From Octopus vulgaris (lineage: Eukaryota), in assembly GCA_951406725.2 (NCBI GenBank), contig OX597823.1:103354001-103418000 (forward strand): 64,000 nucleotides of DNA, given 5' to 3'. The position numbers and the translations under genes were made by a program. The notes beneath the pieces were generated by a model. The model was given only the letters and a program-made list of their open reading frames with translations, was not told where the DNA came from and did no database searches. Shown piece after piece: positions 27,078 to 41,352 of the stretch. Numbering within the stretch: the first letter of the stretch is position 1; every line of letters starts with the position of its first letter.

Positions 27078-28463
27078 ATAGACTCGAGTTAGAATAAGAA
27101 CAGTAATAAACAAGTGAAGAACGAATATATATACGTGGTGATCATGCCTTGACTGTTTTGATAATAGGTTTACTCGATCAAGATTGGCCAAGGGCTAAAC
27201 AACAGCACAAACATAACAACTGCAACAACAACAATAATAACGTAAATACAGCTGTGTTGCACTTGGTGTCTGTGTTGCTTGTGTGCCTGGGTGTATGTGA
27301 GATAGATAGACAGACAGACAGACAGATAGATTGATAAATAGAAATAGAGAGAGGGAGAGAGAGAGAGAGAGAGTAAGAGATAAGGAAAGAGAGAGAGAGA
27401 GTGAGAAAGAGAGGTGAGTGTTAGTGTGCGTATATGAGAAAAGGGAGAGGTAGAGTTAAACGGCTTCACTATCGACTTAGAGTGGCATTAATGCCACTCT
27501 ATGTAATGTCCAATCAAATCATACAGGATCAATGTCAGAGGAAATGTCCGATAATATTCGGTGCATAAAACAAATACAAAACCAGCTTAAGAGTTTGGGT
27601 AAATTTACGAATTCTAACATGGTTGCTGTCAGTTTAATTTATCGTCTGCATCTAGTTTGTATTGGTATTTATCAGAAAGCTGAAGTGAAAAACAAAATTT
27701 ACGTACGTTGTGTACGTGGCTGTGGCGTGTCTGTGTGATACAAAAATAAGATTGCTTCCCAACTGTATGGTCTTATGTTCAGTCAGACCGTGTGGCATCT
27801 TTGGCCAATGTCTTTTACTAGCTTCATGAGTGGACTTAGTAAATGGAGCCTGTAATATTTGTGTGTGCGTTTGTGCGTGTGTGTGTGTGTGTCTTTCTGT
27901 TTATATGTTTGTGTTTATTTACGTCCCCAGACTTAGCAAAAGAATAAGTACTGGGGTCTACTAAACCCTCCAAAGCGGTGCCCCAGCGTGACAACAGTCC
28001 AGTGACTGAAACAAATAAAAGATGAATCCATAAATGTATCTAATCCATTACCAGAAAATTTTCATGAGTAAATATAAAAATTTCGTTGTCGAATATTTTA
28101 TAGAAAGCTGTGGTATTAGGAGAGTTTGAAAGATATGTCTACAGTATATCGTGTGAATCTCGTGTTGTCGATCATAAGTTAAATAGAATAAGTATACAAG
28201 TATATCTCTTCTATCCTTTTACTTATTTCACTCATTGGATGGCGACCATGCTGAAACGTTGCCTTGTAAGATTAGTCGAATAAATCGATCCCCAGTATAT
28301 ATTTTAAGTTATGACGCTTATTCTGCAGGTTTCTTTTCCTAGAAATTACCAAATGAAGAGGACGTAAACAAACTAATACTGTCTCTAACTGGCGGGTAGA
28401 TAAACACAAATATATATATATATACATATACTTTATTTAAAGCTGAAGAAAATTCTACAAAAC

Positions 28464-28501
28464 CTATTACTCTGAGTTTCGCGTTGCCGTTCATCGGACA
28501 G
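28464..28501 (-). ncRNA. Minimal hammerhead (left arm of inverted duplication)
   Basis: Minus strand CTGT-CCGATGA-aCG GCAA CGc-GAAA-CTCAGAG-TA-ATAG. Confidence 0.65.
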
Positions 28502-28527
28502 TTTTTGCTAATTTTTTCTAGCAAAAA

Positions 28528-28565
28528 CTGTCCGATGAACGGCAACGCGAAACTCAGAGTAACAG
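28528..28565 (+). ncRNA. Minimal hammerhead (right arm of inverted duplication)
   Basis: CTGT-CCGATGA-aCG GCAA CGc-GAAA-CTCAGAG-TA-ACAG. Stem I CTGT/ACAG, stem III ACTC-A-GAGT, GUA triplet. Confidence 0.7.
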
Positions 28566-28717
28566 GTTTTGTAGAATGTTCTGCTGCTTTAAATAAAGCA
28601 TATTACTCTACCACTGGTATTTGAGTACTCTTTTTTTCCACCTTGTTTCACATTTATGTGTTTACTCCGGTATATATACATATATATATATATATTTGGT
28701 TACGAGAATTTTTATTA

Positions 28718-28823
28718 ATCATGACAATAGTTTCGACATATCTAGCATCAATCTCTCACGGGTGGGATACTTAACAACTGGATCAAGGGCATCTGAAAGT
28801 GTAAATGTGTCTCTTCGGGTGAT
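28718..28823 (-). ncRNA. Hammerhead motif with long stem II (same family as 9211-9317)
   Basis: Minus strand ATCAC-CCGAAGA-GACACATTTA..TAGATATGTC-GAAA-CTATTG-TC-ATGAT. Confidence 0.65.
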
Positions 28824-29094
28824 AAATAAATATAACTCATTAAAATAACAGTTCCCTAAGATATCTTCTCAGTTCGTGTGAAGAAAAGTAGCAAATTAAT
28901 ACATAAACACGTCTATCTATCTATCTATCTATCTATCTATCCATCCATCCATCCATCCATCCATCCATCCATCCATCCATCCATCCATCCATCCATCCAT
29001 CCATCCATCCGTCCGTCCGTCCATCCATCCATCCATCCATCCATCCATCCATCCATCCATCCATCCATCCATCCATCCATCCATCCATCCATCC

Positions 29095-29144
<50 letters not shown>

Positions 29145-29166
29145 TTATCTATCAATCTATCTATCT

Positions 29167-29396
29167 ATTTCTTTACTACCCACAAGGGGCTAAACACAGA
29201 GAGGACAAACAAGGACAGACAAACGGATTAAGTCGATTACATTGACCCCAGTTCGTAACTGGTACTTATTTAATCGACCCCGAAAGGATGAAAGGCAAAG
29301 GCGACCTCGGCGGAATTTGAACTCAGAACGTAACGGCAGACGAACTACCGCTAAGCATTTCGCCCGGCATGCTAACGATTCTGCCAGCTCGCCGCC
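29167..29396 (-). mobile_element. SINE family A
   Basis: Full-length copy, close to the other family A copies. Confidence 0.88.
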
Positions 29397-29437
29397 CTAA
29401 AATCTATCTATCAATCTATCTATCTGTCTATCTAGAC

Positions 29438-29650
29438 ACGTTAGCGCGCCAGGCGAAATGCTTAGAGGTATTTCGTCTGTCGTTACGTTCTGAGTTCAAA
29501 TTCCGCCGAGGTCGCCTTTGCCTTTCATCCTTTCGGGGTCGATAAAATAAGTACCAGTTTCGCACTGGGGTCGATATAATCGACTTAATCCCTTTGTCTG
29601 CCCTTGTTTGTCCCCTCTATGTTTAGTCCCTTGTGGGCAATAAAGAAATA
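29438..29650 (+). mobile_element. SINE family A (5' ~18 nt missing), head-to-head with the preceding copy
   Basis: CGTTAGCGCGCCAGGCGAAATGC..GAGTTCAAATTCC..TAAAGAAAT. Confidence 0.88.
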
Positions 29651-30130
29651 TATCTAGGAAGGACTTTAAGTTTCCGTTTAGCAAATCTAAACACAAAGTT
29701 TCGGTTGGCCCAGGGCTATATATAGTAGGTGTCGCGCAGGGGGAATGAACCCGAAACCATGTGGTTGTAAACCGAGCTTCCCAGATAGTCATGCTTGCCT
29801 CTATATACTTAAAAAATAAAAAAAATAAGAAAAACATTGCCAAAAGTACATGAACCGGTTAATCATACCGCTATATTTTTTTCTTGCTTCTCAGTGAATT
29901 ATCGATTCCAGAATTAAGTGGTTTTAGAAACACAACCCGTGCAAAGTAATTGGCAAAACAGTAACAGCTATAACGGAATATTAAAATAAATGGGGAAGAA
30001 AAAGGAAAAAAGTGAAATGAAGGTATTAGAACTAGGGTTTTAATAGTAACATAAGAGATCAGCCCTCATTTCTCTCTCTCTCTCTGCCTGGGTCTCTCTT
30101 TCAGTTTCCGTGTGTGTGTGTGTGTGTGTA

Positions 30131-30236
<106 letters not shown>

Positions 30237-30262
30237 CACACATATATATATATATATGTATG

Positions 30263-30308
<46 letters not shown>

Positions 30309-30782
30309 TACATATATATATTTATATATATATATATATACATACACACATATATATATATATGTGTATGTATGTATATATATATATATATAAACATACA
30401 CACATCTGTATATATAACTACATATGTGTTTGTATGTACATTTCTCTCTACCCCGCTCTCTATATATATGCATGTGCATATATGTATGCTTATATATACA
30501 TATATACATATATATTATACATCAAGCCAAAATACACATATATGTAGGTATGTATTAGCTATATCTATCTGTCCATTTATCATCTATCTTTTTGTGTGTG
30601 TGTATGTGTATGTATGTGTATGTGTGTGTGTGTATGTACACACACGCATTCACACGCATGCATACATATACATATATATATGTTTGTGTGTGTGTGAGTG
30701 CATACATATGTATGTGTGTGTGTATATGTACACACACATATACATATCTATATCTATGTCTATCTGTCTATCTATCTATCTA

Positions 30783-30859
<77 letters not shown>

Positions 30860-30861
30860 AC

Positions 30862-31027
<166 letters not shown>

Positions 31028-31874
31028 ATCTACCAATCTATCTACATATATATATGTATATTGGGAGAATCCCCCCCCCCAAAAAAAAAACAAACAAAAG
31101 ACGAAGCCAGGTGGTGTAGATATGGCGCCAATGCCTTTGATATTTTTGTATATGGTCGGCCACTCCATAATCCTGTGCATGAACAGATAATGATATTTGA
31201 TGTAATCCATCACCTGATATTACATATGTCGCCACAACACCTTGTTGTCTTAATGAATCGCTATGTCGTCATACATTGGCCGCATACTGTTTACTTCCCG
31301 GCTAATCTACTTGGTGTTCATTCATATATAAGTATGCGTGTGTATATAAATGCATACATACATATGCATTTATCAATATACATGCATGTGTATATATGAG
31401 TATATATATATATGTGTGTGTGTGTGTGTATATATATGTATAAATCTACTACGTATATTCATCTATATACTTAGATACTAGCACGCGCGTACATACACAC
31501 GTATACACACATACACACAGTTAATGATACTAATCCGTATTCAAGTTAAGCTTTCCTAAGTACACTATTAGACATAATTTGCATTTAATAACAACAGTTA
31601 GCACAGAGTCGATAACTTAAAAGTCTCCATATTCTCTGACCGCACGCGCATGCCTAAAGAGACATATCCGCGAACACACGCGCGTACGTAAACATAGATA
31701 CACGGAAATACGTAGACACAAAAAAGAAATGAAGACAAAACAGATACGTGCATACATACATATATACATACATACATACATACATACATACATACATACA
31801 TGCATACATACATACAAACATATACGTATATACGCACAGACATATATACATATATCTGTATATGTATGTATACA

Positions 31875-31943
<69 letters not shown>

Positions 31944-32130
31944 TTAGAGATAAAACCACTATTAGGCAACTGAAACAGTGATAGACATAAACCAAAACAT
32001 AAAAAACAAAATATAAATATAATTAATATAATATATAATATATATATAAAATATAAAATAAAAATTTTTTTAATTTATATTTTTAGATTTATATTATATA
32101 TTATATATATATATATATAATATATAATAT

Positions 32131-32186
<56 letters not shown>

Positions 32187-32189
<3 letters not shown>

Positions 32190-32379
32190 AGAGTTCACGA
32201 AAAAAAAAAAACAAAAGACGAAGATAGATGGTGTATAAGACAAACATATGTATTAGTATAACGCTCAGGAATAGAAAAAGGCTTTTACGTTTCGAGCCTA
32301 CGCTCTTCTACAGAAAGGGACACAAAAAAAAAAAAACAGAGAGCGAAACAAGGAGAGAAAAAAATGTGTGTAGTGGCTA

Positions 32380-32381
<2 letters not shown>
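32187..32381 (-). mobile_element. Short PLE-like element with minimal HHR, CTGTAGA core (HHR 32282-32317)
   Basis: Minus strand CTTT-CTGTAGA-a GAGC GTAG GCTC-GAAA-CG-TA-AAAG, with (TA)n on both sides. Confidence 0.8.
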
Positions 32382-32448
<67 letters not shown>

Positions 32449-32631
32449 TGCATGTATGTTATTATTCAAGATTTCTTACTAATAAAGAATCGGTTTTGAA
32501 ACTAGAACCAAGGCTCCTCCATTGGAATTTCAACGTCAACAACAGGCTATGTATGTATGTATGTATGTATGTATGTATGTATGTATGTATGTATGTATGT
32601 ATGTATGTATGTATGTATATATGTATATATA

Positions 32632-33157
32632 GTCAGGTCTCTTTCGAGTGCTACTGGTAACATGTAACCCAGTACAACCTGTTGCATGGTCGGGTCGTCG
32701 GCGACTAAACCGGCAACCCCACGAAGTGTTTATTGGACACCCTGCGGGATGAAAAACAAAACCCGTCAAAGGGCAGAGGAACTCTTGAGAGTCAACAGCC
32801 ATCCAATAAATGTCTTAAGGCTGTATCATGCGCGGGGACATAGAAATAATCAGACTGAATACCCGATCGCGCGGTTAAACCATTGGGAGTGAAGGACTCC
32901 TAGCCTTTGATAGGGCATCCTTCTAGGAGAAGGCAACTCAGGTAACTGGGATAGCTCCGACATAAAACCTGCGGCTCAGTGGTTACCGATGATGCACACT
33001 TGTTCTTCTTTTCGGATTATGGCTGCTGTTGCTTAGTGAGTGGGATTGACTCAGTGCACAGCCTTTCCTCACTTTCTTCTTGCACAGGCATTGCACGATA
33101 ACAGCATTGATTAAGCTTCGTGCAATGGCCATACTCGATAACGAGGGGGCAGCCAAC
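32632..33157 (+). mobile_element. Non-autonomous RTE-derived (bipartite) retroelement in a (TATG)n context
   Basis: The motif GGGCATCCTTCTAGGAGAAGGCAACTC resembles RTE 5' UTRs. The 3' stem-loop CTCG-ATAA-CGAG is followed by an (ATGT)n tail. No ORF. Confidence 0.6.
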
Positions 33158-33381
33158 ATGTATGTATGCATGCATGTATGTATGTATGTATGTATGTATG
33201 TATGTATGTATGTATGTATGTATGTATGTATGTATGTATGTATGTATGTGTATGTATGTATGCAATGGTCTTCCTCGGTCACGAGTGGACGGCCATCATG
33301 TATGCATGTATGTATGTATGTATCTATGTGTGTATGTATGTGTGTATGTGTGTATATATGTATGTATGTATGTATGTATGC

Positions 33382-33412
<31 letters not shown>

Positions 33413-34130
33413 TGTATGTATGTATGTATGTATGTATGTATGTATGTGTGTGTGTGTATGTATGTATGTATGTATGTGTGTATGTATGTATGTATGTGTG
33501 TGTGTATGTATGTATGTATGTATGTATGCATGCATGCATGTATATATGCATGTATGTATGTGTGTGTGTGTATGTATGTATGCATGCATGTATGTATGTG
33601 TGTATGCATGTGTCTATGTATGTATGTATGTGTGTATGTATGTATGTATGTATGCATGCATGCATGTATGTATGTATGTATGTATGCATGAATGTATGTA
33701 TGTATGTATGTATGTGTGTATGTATGTATGCATGTATGCATGTATGTATGCATGTATGTATGTGTGTGTGTATGTATGTATGTGTGTATGTATGTATGTG
33801 TGTGTGTATGTATGTGTGTGTGTATGTATATATGCATGTATGTATGTATGTATGTATGTATGTATGTGTATGTATGCATGCATGCATGTATGTATGTATG
33901 CATGTATGTAAGTATGTATGTGTGTGTGTATGTATGTATGTGTGTATGTATGTACGTGTGTGTGTATGTGTGTATGTATGTATGTAAGTATGTATGTGTG
34001 TGTGTATGTATGTATGTAAGTATGTATGTATGTACGTACGTATGTATGTATGTATGTATATATGTATGTATGTATGCATGTATGTATGTATGTATGTATG
34101 TATGTATGTATGTATGTATGTATGTGTGTA
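33158..34130. repeat. ~1-kb degenerate (TATG)n microsatellite containing a second 38-bp retroelement 3' end (33261-33298)
   Basis: Read directly. TGCAATGGTCTTCCTCGGTCACGAGTGGACGGCCA resembles 33121-33155. Confidence 0.85.
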
Positions 34131-34246
34131 CTACTTATAGTTTCTTACATGGGAGACACGGGTCTAGGCAGGTCTTATAACTTGCCTTTTGTCTCCAAGC
34201 AATCTAAATGTATTTGTATATATGTGAATATTCTCTCTCTCTCTTC

Positions 34247-34293
<47 letters not shown>

Positions 34294-34699
34294 GCACATA
34301 CGATAGGAATGTAAGTATGATCTGTTTGCATATGAATCTTTTATGTCATGGGGTCCCGTTCTGAGCCGTCCTTGATTCTCGTAAGTTCGAGTTAGTTCAT
34401 GATTTATGCTGATCACTTATATGGATATTGCTTGATTGATTTAGCTAGGATAATATTTAATGAATAGTTTCTAATTTTGGGGGCCTTTTATGGTATATAC
34501 ATGTATGTGCATATATATGATGGTAGACAGCGGTTGGTGTCTTTCTCAATCGCACCCCATCAAGCAAATGATAGAAAAAAGATAACAGTGTAATATTGGC
34601 ACGTTCTCTATCGTTCTAAAAGGGTTATAACACTACAAGACTGTAAACAAACCAACGGCGTACATAAAAAAACACATAAATACACACACACTTACACAC

Positions 34700-34735
<36 letters not shown>

Positions 34736-34944
34736 GCATATATATGCGACGGGCTTCCATGCAGTTTCGTCTACTAAATTCACTCACAAGGCATTGGTCA
34801 GCTCGGAGTTATAGTTGAAGACTTGACCAACGTGCCGCGCTGTGGGACTGAACCTGAGGCGACGGAATCGCAAAGCTTGCTTCTTAACCACAAGGCCATG
34901 CTTTCGCCTACGAAAGGTATTGGCAATGAATGAAATGTTGTTGT

Positions 34945-34978
<34 letters not shown>

Positions 34979-35444
34979 GGTGGTGGTGATAGTAAAGATG
35001 ATGGAAATAGAGGAGGAGGTAGAAGTGTATTTGAGTAAGAGTAAAAATGTTGCCATCCATTCCAAATAGAGATTGAGAGAGAGGCTCCTTCAGCTAATCT
35101 TGAAAGTGTGTGTGGTGAGTGTGGTGATGGTGGAGACAACGTGGTTATATTGTCATGGACAGCCAGAGGTGTTTGGTCGAAGTAACAAGCAAATGATGAA
35201 GGAATTTGGGGGGGGGGAGTGTTAAATTTAAAGTAGAAAGAAAATGAGAGTGAGAACTAGAGAGAAAGGGGGAGAGAGAGGGAGGGAAAGAGGGAGATAG
35301 AGGGAGAGAGAGTGAATACAAAATTTTTGTTTTTGTTAACGTTTTTATCATTGTTTTTTAAGTTGCCTGGTGTGCATCGGTTAAATCAAATATTTTATTC
35401 TTTGAGCGCGCGCGCACGCACACGTGTGTGTGTGTGTGTGTATA

Positions 35445-35490
<46 letters not shown>

Positions 35491-35632
35491 CATATATGTG
35501 CGTATATAAGTCTATATATATATATATGTATATTCATAAACACATATCCATTTATTACAGTGCATATACACACATACACATATATTTACACGTTCATCCA
35601 TGCATTCATACATACAAATATATGTTTATCTA

Positions 35633-35708
<76 letters not shown>

Positions 35709-36151
35709 CATTTATATATAAACTACTTAGAGACACACACCTGCACATAGATGGGATACAGGTAATATTTCTTCGAAGGCACAGTAGACGCGGCGTCTGA
35801 TTTGAAGAAATCGAATTCCAAAAACCATCAAGCTGTGGCGCCAGGTATCACTGATTTGTAAATTGTCTTAAGTCAGGTGTCATAATTCGATCGCCTACCT
35901 GCTTAACCAACACATACAGCGATTCCTTATAAAAAGCGGTAAGTTAGGCCAGAATCTCAGTAACTAAAGGTGAACCTTTGAACTTCTGGCCACTCAATCT
36001 TCTGCTGCGTTCGAAAACGGTAAGTTTTCACTAAATCTTTGCTTTGGACAATGTTCTTTGATGGCATTGGTTAAATGTTTCTGTCTTTCTTTGCAGCTTT
36101 TTCTTGAAAATCGATTTATCATACTTTGTCTTCATTTTTTTCTTCAAGCCT

Positions 36152-36256
<105 letters not shown>

Positions 36257-36314
36257 ATGTACTCACACACACACACACACACACTAACACACACACACAT
36301 AACCGATGGAGTAC

Positions 36315-36345
<31 letters not shown>

Positions 36346-36411
36346 TTAATATGATTGCCGATCTGCCTATCCGTATATGCATGCATAAAAAAGGTAGATT
36401 CTATCTACTTT

Positions 36412-36443
<32 letters not shown>

Positions 36444-36505
36444 TGTATGTATGTATGTATGTATGTATGTATGTATATATGTATGCATGTATGCATGCAT
36501 GTATG

Positions 36506-36566
<61 letters not shown>

Positions 36567-36783
36567 CATTTACTCATATTGAGCCGTTATAGCATTTCAT
36601 CACCTTGAACTGTTAATCCGTACACGTTGTTGTCTCTCCGTTTTTTTCGTTCTCTCTGTTTTTCTTCCCCTCTCAATGCTTTCTATCGCAGAGGGCAGAC
36701 TCGAAACTTTTCCATTCTTCCCGAGCGCTAAACTAACACACCGGCTTGCTATTCCTTCACCTGTCTTCGTCTATTGTTTTCTG

Positions 36784-36818
<35 letters not shown>

Positions 36819-36837
36819 TTAGTAGAAATAAGACAGG

Positions 36838-36916
<79 letters not shown>

Positions 36917-37111
36917 TTCAGCAAAAATTTAGATTCAGATGAATATGGTACTTAAGTTAAAGGCACCAGAATTCGGTATGGTATTATGCATATGAATCAA
37001 ATGGGGTGATTATATCCTCTCTGTCTATATACCTACCCTCTTTGTAATGTTGGTAAATGGAATAAGTATATAAAAATGAGCATTGCCAATTTAATTTTAA
37101 AAAATTCCATA

Positions 37112-37199
37112 TGTGGCTGAAGAGTGCTCTACATTTTAAAACTGATGTAATACTTACATTGTTTAATTAAATGAAGTAGCATGAAACGATTGTACTACA
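37112..37199 (+). ncRNA. Type I hammerhead ribozyme with extended stem II, in a (TA)n-flanked element (36913-37232)
   Basis: TGTGG-CTGAAGA-GTGCT..(~49 nt)..AGCAT-GAAA-CGATTG-TA-CTACA. Canonical core, GUA triplet. Confidence 0.72.
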
Positions 37200-37889
37200 C
37201 TACCTTTGGATATCCTTGTTGCTTATTTTGATTATATATATATTATTTTTCATATCTCAGTAATTGCTTGTCTGATACTTGCCTGCTGCGTACTAGTCTG
37301 CCTACATGTCAATTTGTCAAATTCCTTGCGTAACATAACATATGTATATGTGGATGTTTATACCTAGGTTTATATTTGTACACATGATTTCAGTATATGT
37401 CTGACTGAGCGCTCGCCTCGCATGTGCTTGTGTGTGCGCACGCGCATCCGTGCGTGCGTGCATGTGTGCGTGTGAGTGTAAATTTGTGCATGCATATGTA
37501 TGCGTAAATCCAAGTTTAGGTCAAAATTGCTTCCCTAGAGCAATTATCATGGCAATTATTTTCCAGCAGTGTATTTAAATAAAAAAATCAAGCGGAATGT
37601 GGCCTTCTGAAGCCTGTAATCTATAAGAAATCTATAAGGGGAACGCGTACTGAATTGCCGCCCATATGGCTGCTGCTGCTACTGCTGCTATTACTTTGAG
37701 ACTTGAAATACTCTAACTGTTCGAACTATCGAGATGCATGCTTGGCAGTGGAGTTAAGAAACTCGCTTTGAAAACCAAGTGATTTCAGGTTCAATCCCAC
37801 TGCACGGCATCTTGGACTAGTGTCTTTTACTAGAGCCCCGACTCTACTTATGCTTTGCGAGTGAAATTACCAGAAGGAAACTGTATGTA

Positions 37890-38500
37890 CGTGGCGAAAT
37901 TAACACCAGAGATGTTTTGCATCACGCAGAAACTACAGGGGTTACTCAGAAGTTTTGCAAGCCCTTCATCTAAATCCATCGCAATGCTGGAAAACATTCC
38001 ACATCCTCCGTTGGTATCTCGGTGTCAGAAGCGTTTCATCTCTTAGCTTGCGAGCGCTGAACTAGCCTTCGCCTGAGAAAGGGTTCCCCTTGTGGTCTTT
38101 TATCAGTCATAGCCACTTTGAGCTGGTTCCACCTGTCGTGCCTTTTTACTTGCTGGCTTTCTTCAGTTTCATGGGTTCCAGAGAGTTCTTCTGTAGGAAA
38201 TAACGTACCGATATAGTTGGAAAACTACGGCAGCCATCTTCAATGGCCGCTTGCCATCCCTTGACTAAGACCTTATCGACAAAGTTCTGATGTTTGGTTT
38301 TCTTTAGCTGGTGACAAATATCGATCACGAAAGCAGGAACATGTATGCTCGGAGTGACGTTATTGTTATCTTCTCTCAGATTACAAGTCTGCCCTTCAGA
38401 TTCACTTGTACCTCCCAGTCTGAGGTTGGATGCAAAATAGAAAGCGAGTCCCCTGCCGTTGCTTTTCTTTTAGAAGCCCTGTCCATTAGGAATCTGCTAC
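37890..38500 (-). mobile_element. HERO-like (RLE-endonuclease) non-LTR retrotransposon 3' remnant
   Basis: Minus-strand peptides DWEVQVNLKGRLVI*EKITITSLRAYMFL, HQLKKTKH..GWQA, IEDGCRSF and SSKWL* resemble HERO motifs W...VDL..L..P...T.LRPD / ERK..KY / EVGCRGF / S.WLW. Heavily decayed. Confidence 0.65.
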
Positions 38501-38787
38501 CCTTGGGTGTTAGTGGCTGGAGATTGTTAGCCTTAATACTGTGTAGGTCTGTCTACTTGGCAATATGTGTGTGTGTGTGTGTGCGTTTGTATATTAGTAT
38601 CTTTGTATTTGTGTTTACACCTCCACCGCTTGGCAACAAGTTTTGGCCTGTTTACGCCACTGTAACTTCGCAGTCTAGGAAAAGAAATCGGTAGAATAAG
38701 CACCAGACTTTGAAATAAACATTGGAGTCAATTTGTTCGACTAAGCACTTGAAGTCCAATGACTGTAACAAGTCAAAGACAAACACC

Positions 38788-38853
<66 letters not shown>

Positions 38854-40258
38854 AACACACACACACACACACACACACACACGTAAATGATGCAGCTGTC
38901 CAGATGTAAATATACGGGCGGCAGCTGTGTTCGACTTGTTATAAAATGCAGCCAGATTTCTTTCTTAAATATAGGAACTGCATTTCATAATTGTAGTCTT
39001 AGAATCCGATAAAAAGACGAGGTGGTTACAGACGAAATACCTTTCGTCATAGCTGTATTGGATTAAAGTTTATCTGGGGCTAAATACCAACAACAACTCT
39101 TACTGTGTAGTTGATAAAAATATCGACTTTTGGCTAAAACGAGGTTAAAGCGCAAGTGGTGGCTGTGGTGATAGTTTTGTGGTAAAGACAGCGTTTAGAC
39201 ATGTGGTTCCAGCTGCCCCAGGAAGACCTCTTGTGGAGTGCCAAAAACAGCGGCCAAATCTCTCAGAAATTTAAGGTCACGCTAGACAATGTTGATTTAG
39301 ATATAGAAAGGGTATAAAAAAAGATGGCGTAGTCACGATTGGAATGTCTTTGAGACATCTGTCTGTCCGATGAGGGTGGACACAGGGTCAAAACACTATA
39401 ACAACAAACCAAACGTTCTTGAGGAAACATATATTAATGATATTGATGGCCATTTCCTCTTTTCTTTTTCACAGGCTCAGCGTTTTAAGACATTGTTATC
39501 CAATATTTCGTACTAATTTTTGTATGTTTTAGATGTTAGCGGAATTAACTGCTATTTCTAGTATGTCTACTGACCTCATAAAATCTCCCTAGTAAGCTCG
39601 TAATGGTGGTGGTGGTGGTGGTAGCAAAAATAAATGATAATACCATATTTGGTAACGAAATATTACAGTCGTGGAATTTTTATATCATGTTCTTGAAACA
39701 TAGTCTGCAAGACTATAAAACTTGCTGAACCAAAAGAGACAAAATAATAATAATAATAATAATAATAATGATGACGATGAGGATGACGATGATATAGTGA
39801 TAAATGAAAACTATAGCTGTAAAGAAATTTTGTAAACCGCAATATAATATGAAACTAAAAATAAAATACAAATTTTTTTCCAATAAAAATAAAATAAGTA
39901 ACTTGAAAAATACCTAAAAATAACAAGAAGATAACATGAAAATAATCCATAAAAAGCACAGAAAAATATTTTTAAAAAATTGAAAAAAGGTTAATGTTGA
40001 ATGTAATATGGCCGTAGAGATGTTAGCAGAAATTCATCGTTGGATTTTCTCTGGTTGTGATGTAAAGATGAAAAGTCAATTTAGTGCTCCGTCCCGCCTT
40101 TTACAACTCAGTGTCTTGTCTTACAAGAATATATACGGTGTACTAATTCTCATACTTCAGGTTTCCTTCTACAGTTTCAAACACAGCTGCCGCCCGTATA
40201 TTTACATCTGGACAGCTGCATCATTTACGTGTGTGTGTTTCGGTGTGTGTGTGTGTGT

Positions 40259-40292
<34 letters not shown>

Positions 40293-40454
40293 AATGAAAT
40301 GTTTGTTTTTGTACAAATTACTCAACACACACACATCACACATACATACACACATACATACAGACACACATATATACACTCCTATATGTGCATATGTATA
40401 TAAATGTATATATGTGTATACATACATACATATATATATCTGTGCATGTGTGTG

Positions 40455-40518
<64 letters not shown>

Positions 40519-40636
40519 CATACATGTATATGTATATATACATATACATATATATATATTCATATATACATGAATGTATGTTTATAATTAAGTGTATATA
40601 TATTTATATATCGATCTATATACATTTATACATATG

Positions 40637-40683
<47 letters not shown>

Positions 40684-40893
40684 ACATACATACATACATT
40701 TCCTATATATATTCAAGGCAATATACATAGTCAGCAAATAACCAAGAGCACACAAACGAAACCACTGCTTATCGGTAATCATGCACATTTAAATAATTGT
40801 GTTAACCACTGACAAGAATGTATGTGCCAGTGTGTGCGCGTGTGGTATACATTCATACGTACATACACACATGCATACACAGGAAAATATGTA

Positions 40894-40947
<54 letters not shown>

Positions 40948-41320
40948 TATATATGTATATATATATATGTATATATATATGTATGAATATATATATATAC
41001 ACACATATATTACGATATCTATATGTACATATATATATATACATAATACAGATATGTATATCAATCTCTCTCTCTCTGTATATATACATACATACATATT
41101 TATATATGTATATATATATATATATGTATATGTATATGTATATTAATATATATATATGTTCGCACATATGCACTCACACTTATACACACTTATTCACGTT
41201 CACTGATACAGGGAATGAAACTAGATTCTCTGTACATACATACATACATACGTACGTAGGTACATACATACATACATACATACATACATAGATATATACA
41301 TACATACATAGATATATACA

Positions 41321-41352
<32 letters not shown>

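Noticed and set aside
31120-31320. Unique-looking segment as a possible exon
   Set aside because: No recognisable peptide in any frame and no clear splice-site pair. Left unassigned.
32650-32720. HDV-like or twister ribozyme in the RTE-like 5' leader
   Set aside because: I could fold only simple hairpins (GTTGCATGGT/ACCGGCAAC enclosing GTCG-TCGG-CGAC). I could not build the nested double pseudoknot or the twister core.
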